A program made the translations under genes and the position numbers. The notes below the pieces were generated by a model. It had not been told where the DNA came from. It ran no database searches and was given only the letters and a program-made list of their open reading frames with translations. DNA of 32,600 nucleotides from Bacteroidota bacterium (GTDB lineage: Bacteria > Bacteroidota > Bacteroidia > Chitinophagales > Chitinophagaceae): the NCBI GenBank assembly GCA_031410275.1, contig JANNYV010000423.1:1-32600 (forward strand), read 5' to 3'. Of this stretch, positions 30,699 through 32,600 are shown piece by piece; positions within the stretch are counted from its first letter, which is position 1; every line of letters begins with the position of its first letter.

Positions 30699-32600
30699 AT
30701 GAAACTCAAACTTCTTTTAGCTTTCTTTATTTTATTGATTTCTTCCGCGATTATTTTCGCTATAACATCAAATTCCAAGCCAAAAATTCTTACGGTCGAC
30801 CCTTCCTTTGTAAAGTATATTTCAGGTTATACATCCGGCATGCTGAGCCGGCAAAGTGCAATTAAAATTGAATTGGCTTCCGAAATTAAAACCAATGCTT
30901 TGGCGGCCAATTCAGATGCAGGAAATATTTTGCCGGATAGTAATTTATTGAAAGGTGCATTTTCATTTTCGCCCTCTATAAAAGGGAAAGCTGTTTTTAC
31001 ATCAAACAGAACCATCGAATTTATTCCGGCTGAACCGCTCAAAGAACAAACCTTGTACACAGCCTTATTTAGTTTATCAAAAATATTGGAGGTTGAAAAA
31101 AAATACAAAGACTTCAATTTTCAATTCTCTACCTATGCACAAAATTTATTTGTTGAATTAGATGCAGCCAGAAATACTGATGCCTTTAACCTCGAATGGC
31201 AAACCATTAACGGAACTGTGAAACTGAGTGATAAAGAAGATACCACGCAATTATATAAAACAATTTCAGCCACACAAGAAGGGAAGAAATTACATATCCG
31301 TTGGGATCATCAATATGATAATAATTATACCATTACTATTGATAGTGTATCTCGCAACATAACAAAAAGTAAGGTGTTAATCTCATGGGATGGCAAACCA
31401 ATTAGAGCTATTCAAACAGGAAAGCAAGAAATAAACATACCGGCTTTAGGAGATTTTACCGTGACTAAAGCTGAAGTCAAAGATGATGAAAATCAATTTG
31501 TATCATTGACATTTAGCGACCCAATAAAAAGTGATCAAGACCTTCAAGGCCTGATTACATTGAATAATAATGCGATACTCACTTATAGCGTTGATGGTAA
31601 TAATGTGAATGTGTATGTAGCGAACAGAATTGAAGGAACATTTACATTGAATGTGTTTAAAGGCATTAAAAATTTCAAAGGATATACGATGAATACTGCG
31701 TTCAACACATCATTAGAATTTGAAGCCCCCAAACCATTGGTTCGAATCAAAGGCAAAGGAAGTATTTTACCCAACTCACAAGGATTGTTTATGCCCTTCG
31801 AAAGTATTGGTTTGAAAGCTGTAGATGTAAGAGTAATAAAAATTTATCAAAGCAATATCAAGCAATTTTTACAGGTCAATAATTTGGATGGAAATGATGA
31901 ATTGAAACGTACAGGAAAAATAATCGCTGAACAAAAAATTGTGTTGAGCGACGTAAAAACAACAAATATCAATCAATGGACCCAACATGTAATCGACTTA
32001 AGAAAATTAATAAATCCTGACCCGGGAAGTATTTATCGAGTCTCCATAAAATTTAAAAAAGAGTATACAAATTTTGATTGCCCCACAACAAGTAATGAGA
32101 ATGATGAAATAGTAGATGAAGATGATGAAAATGAACCGGCTGCAAATGATTGGACAGAAAACGAATGGCATGGTTACAACTACGATAACGGCTATGATAC
32201 GTGGGAATCGTATAACGAAGATTATTCGCCTTGCGACCGGAGTTATTATGATGGCAAAGCAGTAAACAGAAATATTTTAGCCTCTGACTTGGGCATCATT
32301 TATAAGTTGGATGAAAATAAATTGGCGCATGTATTCATCAGCAATATGCTCAACACCGAACCTGTTGCCAATGCAGAAATAGAATTTACAGATTATACGC
32401 AACAAAGCATTGCAAAGGGCAGTACAAATGCGCAAGGCATGTTGGACATAAATTTGAAAAAGCAGCCTTTTCTGTTGATGGTCAAAAAAGGGAATCAACG
32501 TGGTTATTTAAAAGTAACGGATGGCCTTGCTAATTCATTAAGTAAGTTTGATATTGAAGGAGAGCAAGCACAAAAAGGTGTGAAAGGCTTTATATACGCT
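30699..32600 (+). CDS. Alpha-2-macroglobulin family protein, N-terminal part (continues beyond the right window edge)
   Basis: It is absent from the ORF track because no stop falls in the window. The frame is open for 634 codons from the ATG at 30699. It begins with a signal or anchor, MKLKLLLAFFILLISSAIIF. Segments typical of N-terminal MG domains follow: FSFSPSIKGKAVFTSNRTIEFIPAEPLKEQTLYTALF, YRVSIKFKKEYT and GYLKVTDGLANSLSKFDIEGEQAQKGVKGFIY. Confidence 0.8.
   Translation, partial: MKLKLLLAFFILLISSAIIFAITSNSKPKILTVDPSFVKYISGYTSGMLSRQSAIKIELASEIKTNALAANSDAGNILPDSNLLKGAFSFSPSIKGKAVFTSNRTIEFIPAEPLKEQTLYTALFSLSKILEVEKKYKDFNFQFSTYAQNLFVELDAARNTDAFNLEWQTINGTVKLSDKEDTTQLYKTISATQEGKKLHIRWDHQYDNNYTITIDSVSRNITKSKVLISWDGKPIRAIQTGKQEINIPALGDFTVTKAEVKDDENQFVSLTFSDPIKSDQDLQGLITLNNNAILTYSVDGNNVNVYVANRIEGTFTLNVFKGIKNFKGYTMNTAFNTSLEFEAPKPLVRIKGKGSILPNSQGLFMPFESIGLKAVDVRVIKIYQSNIKQFLQVNNLDGNDELKRTGKIIAEQKIVLSDVKTTNINQWTQHVIDLRKLINPDPGSIYRVSIKFKKEYTNFDCPTTSNENDEIVDEDDENEPAANDWTENEWHGYNYDNGYDTWESYNEDYSPCDRSYYDGKAVNRNILASDLGIIYKLDENKLAHVFISNMLNTEPVANAEIEFTDYTQQSIAKGSTNAQGMLDINLKKQPFLLMVKKGNQRGYLKVTDGLANSLSKFDIEGEQAQKGVKGFIYA

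Noticed and set aside
1-32600. Defence island, prophage, integrative element or biosynthetic cluster
   Set aside because: I looked for nucleases, helicases, methyltransferases, reverse transcriptases, Cas proteins, integrases, phage structural genes, and NRPS/PKS or radical-SAM enzymes. I recognised none. The gene content is housekeeping genes plus secreted T9SS cargo, so I do not claim a novel multi-gene system here.

Overview
This is a low-GC chromosomal segment that looks like Bacteroidota. Five large secreted proteins end in T9SS (Por) C-terminal sorting domains, several genes are preceded by TAnnTTTG -7 boxes with very short leaders, and futalosine-pathway mqnA is present. I support about 27 protein genes.

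- **Housekeeping:** mqnA, purB, tsaE, tatD, engB, an M20 amidohydrolase and a SPOR protein.
- **Transport:** a P1B heavy-metal ATPase, a TonB-dependent receptor with a small His/Cys-rich partner, and an orphan ABC ATPase.
- **Edge genes:** a ParE/RelE-type toxin-antitoxin pair cut by the left edge and an alpha-2-macroglobulin gene cut by the right edge.
- **T9SS cargo:** a dockerin/cohesin-like adhesin, an M36-like metalloprotease, an S51 peptidase and two tandem CotH-family proteins.

I found no rRNA, tRNA, CRISPR array, transposase, integrase, reverse transcriptase or recognisable defence genes. I do not see a clear novel multi-gene system.

The most unusual content is non-coding:
1. Tracts with strict 7-nt periodicity occur in at least eight intergenic regions. 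Two of them form near-identical tract-plus-promoter modules in front of unrelated genes.
2. A roughly 340-bp nested palindrome, containing a perfect 23-bp inverted repeat, lies upstream of an ABC ATPase gene that has no canonical start codon and degenerate catalytic loops.
3. Two copies of a GC-rich structured element share motifs and a covarying closing stem.

On the coding side, the tandem T9SS-secreted CotH proteins (one with an orphan P-domain, one with duplicated lamin-tail domains) and a CoA-binding/YkuK-like/lipoprotein trio are worth follow-up. All family calls come from motif recognition by eye. No database search was run.
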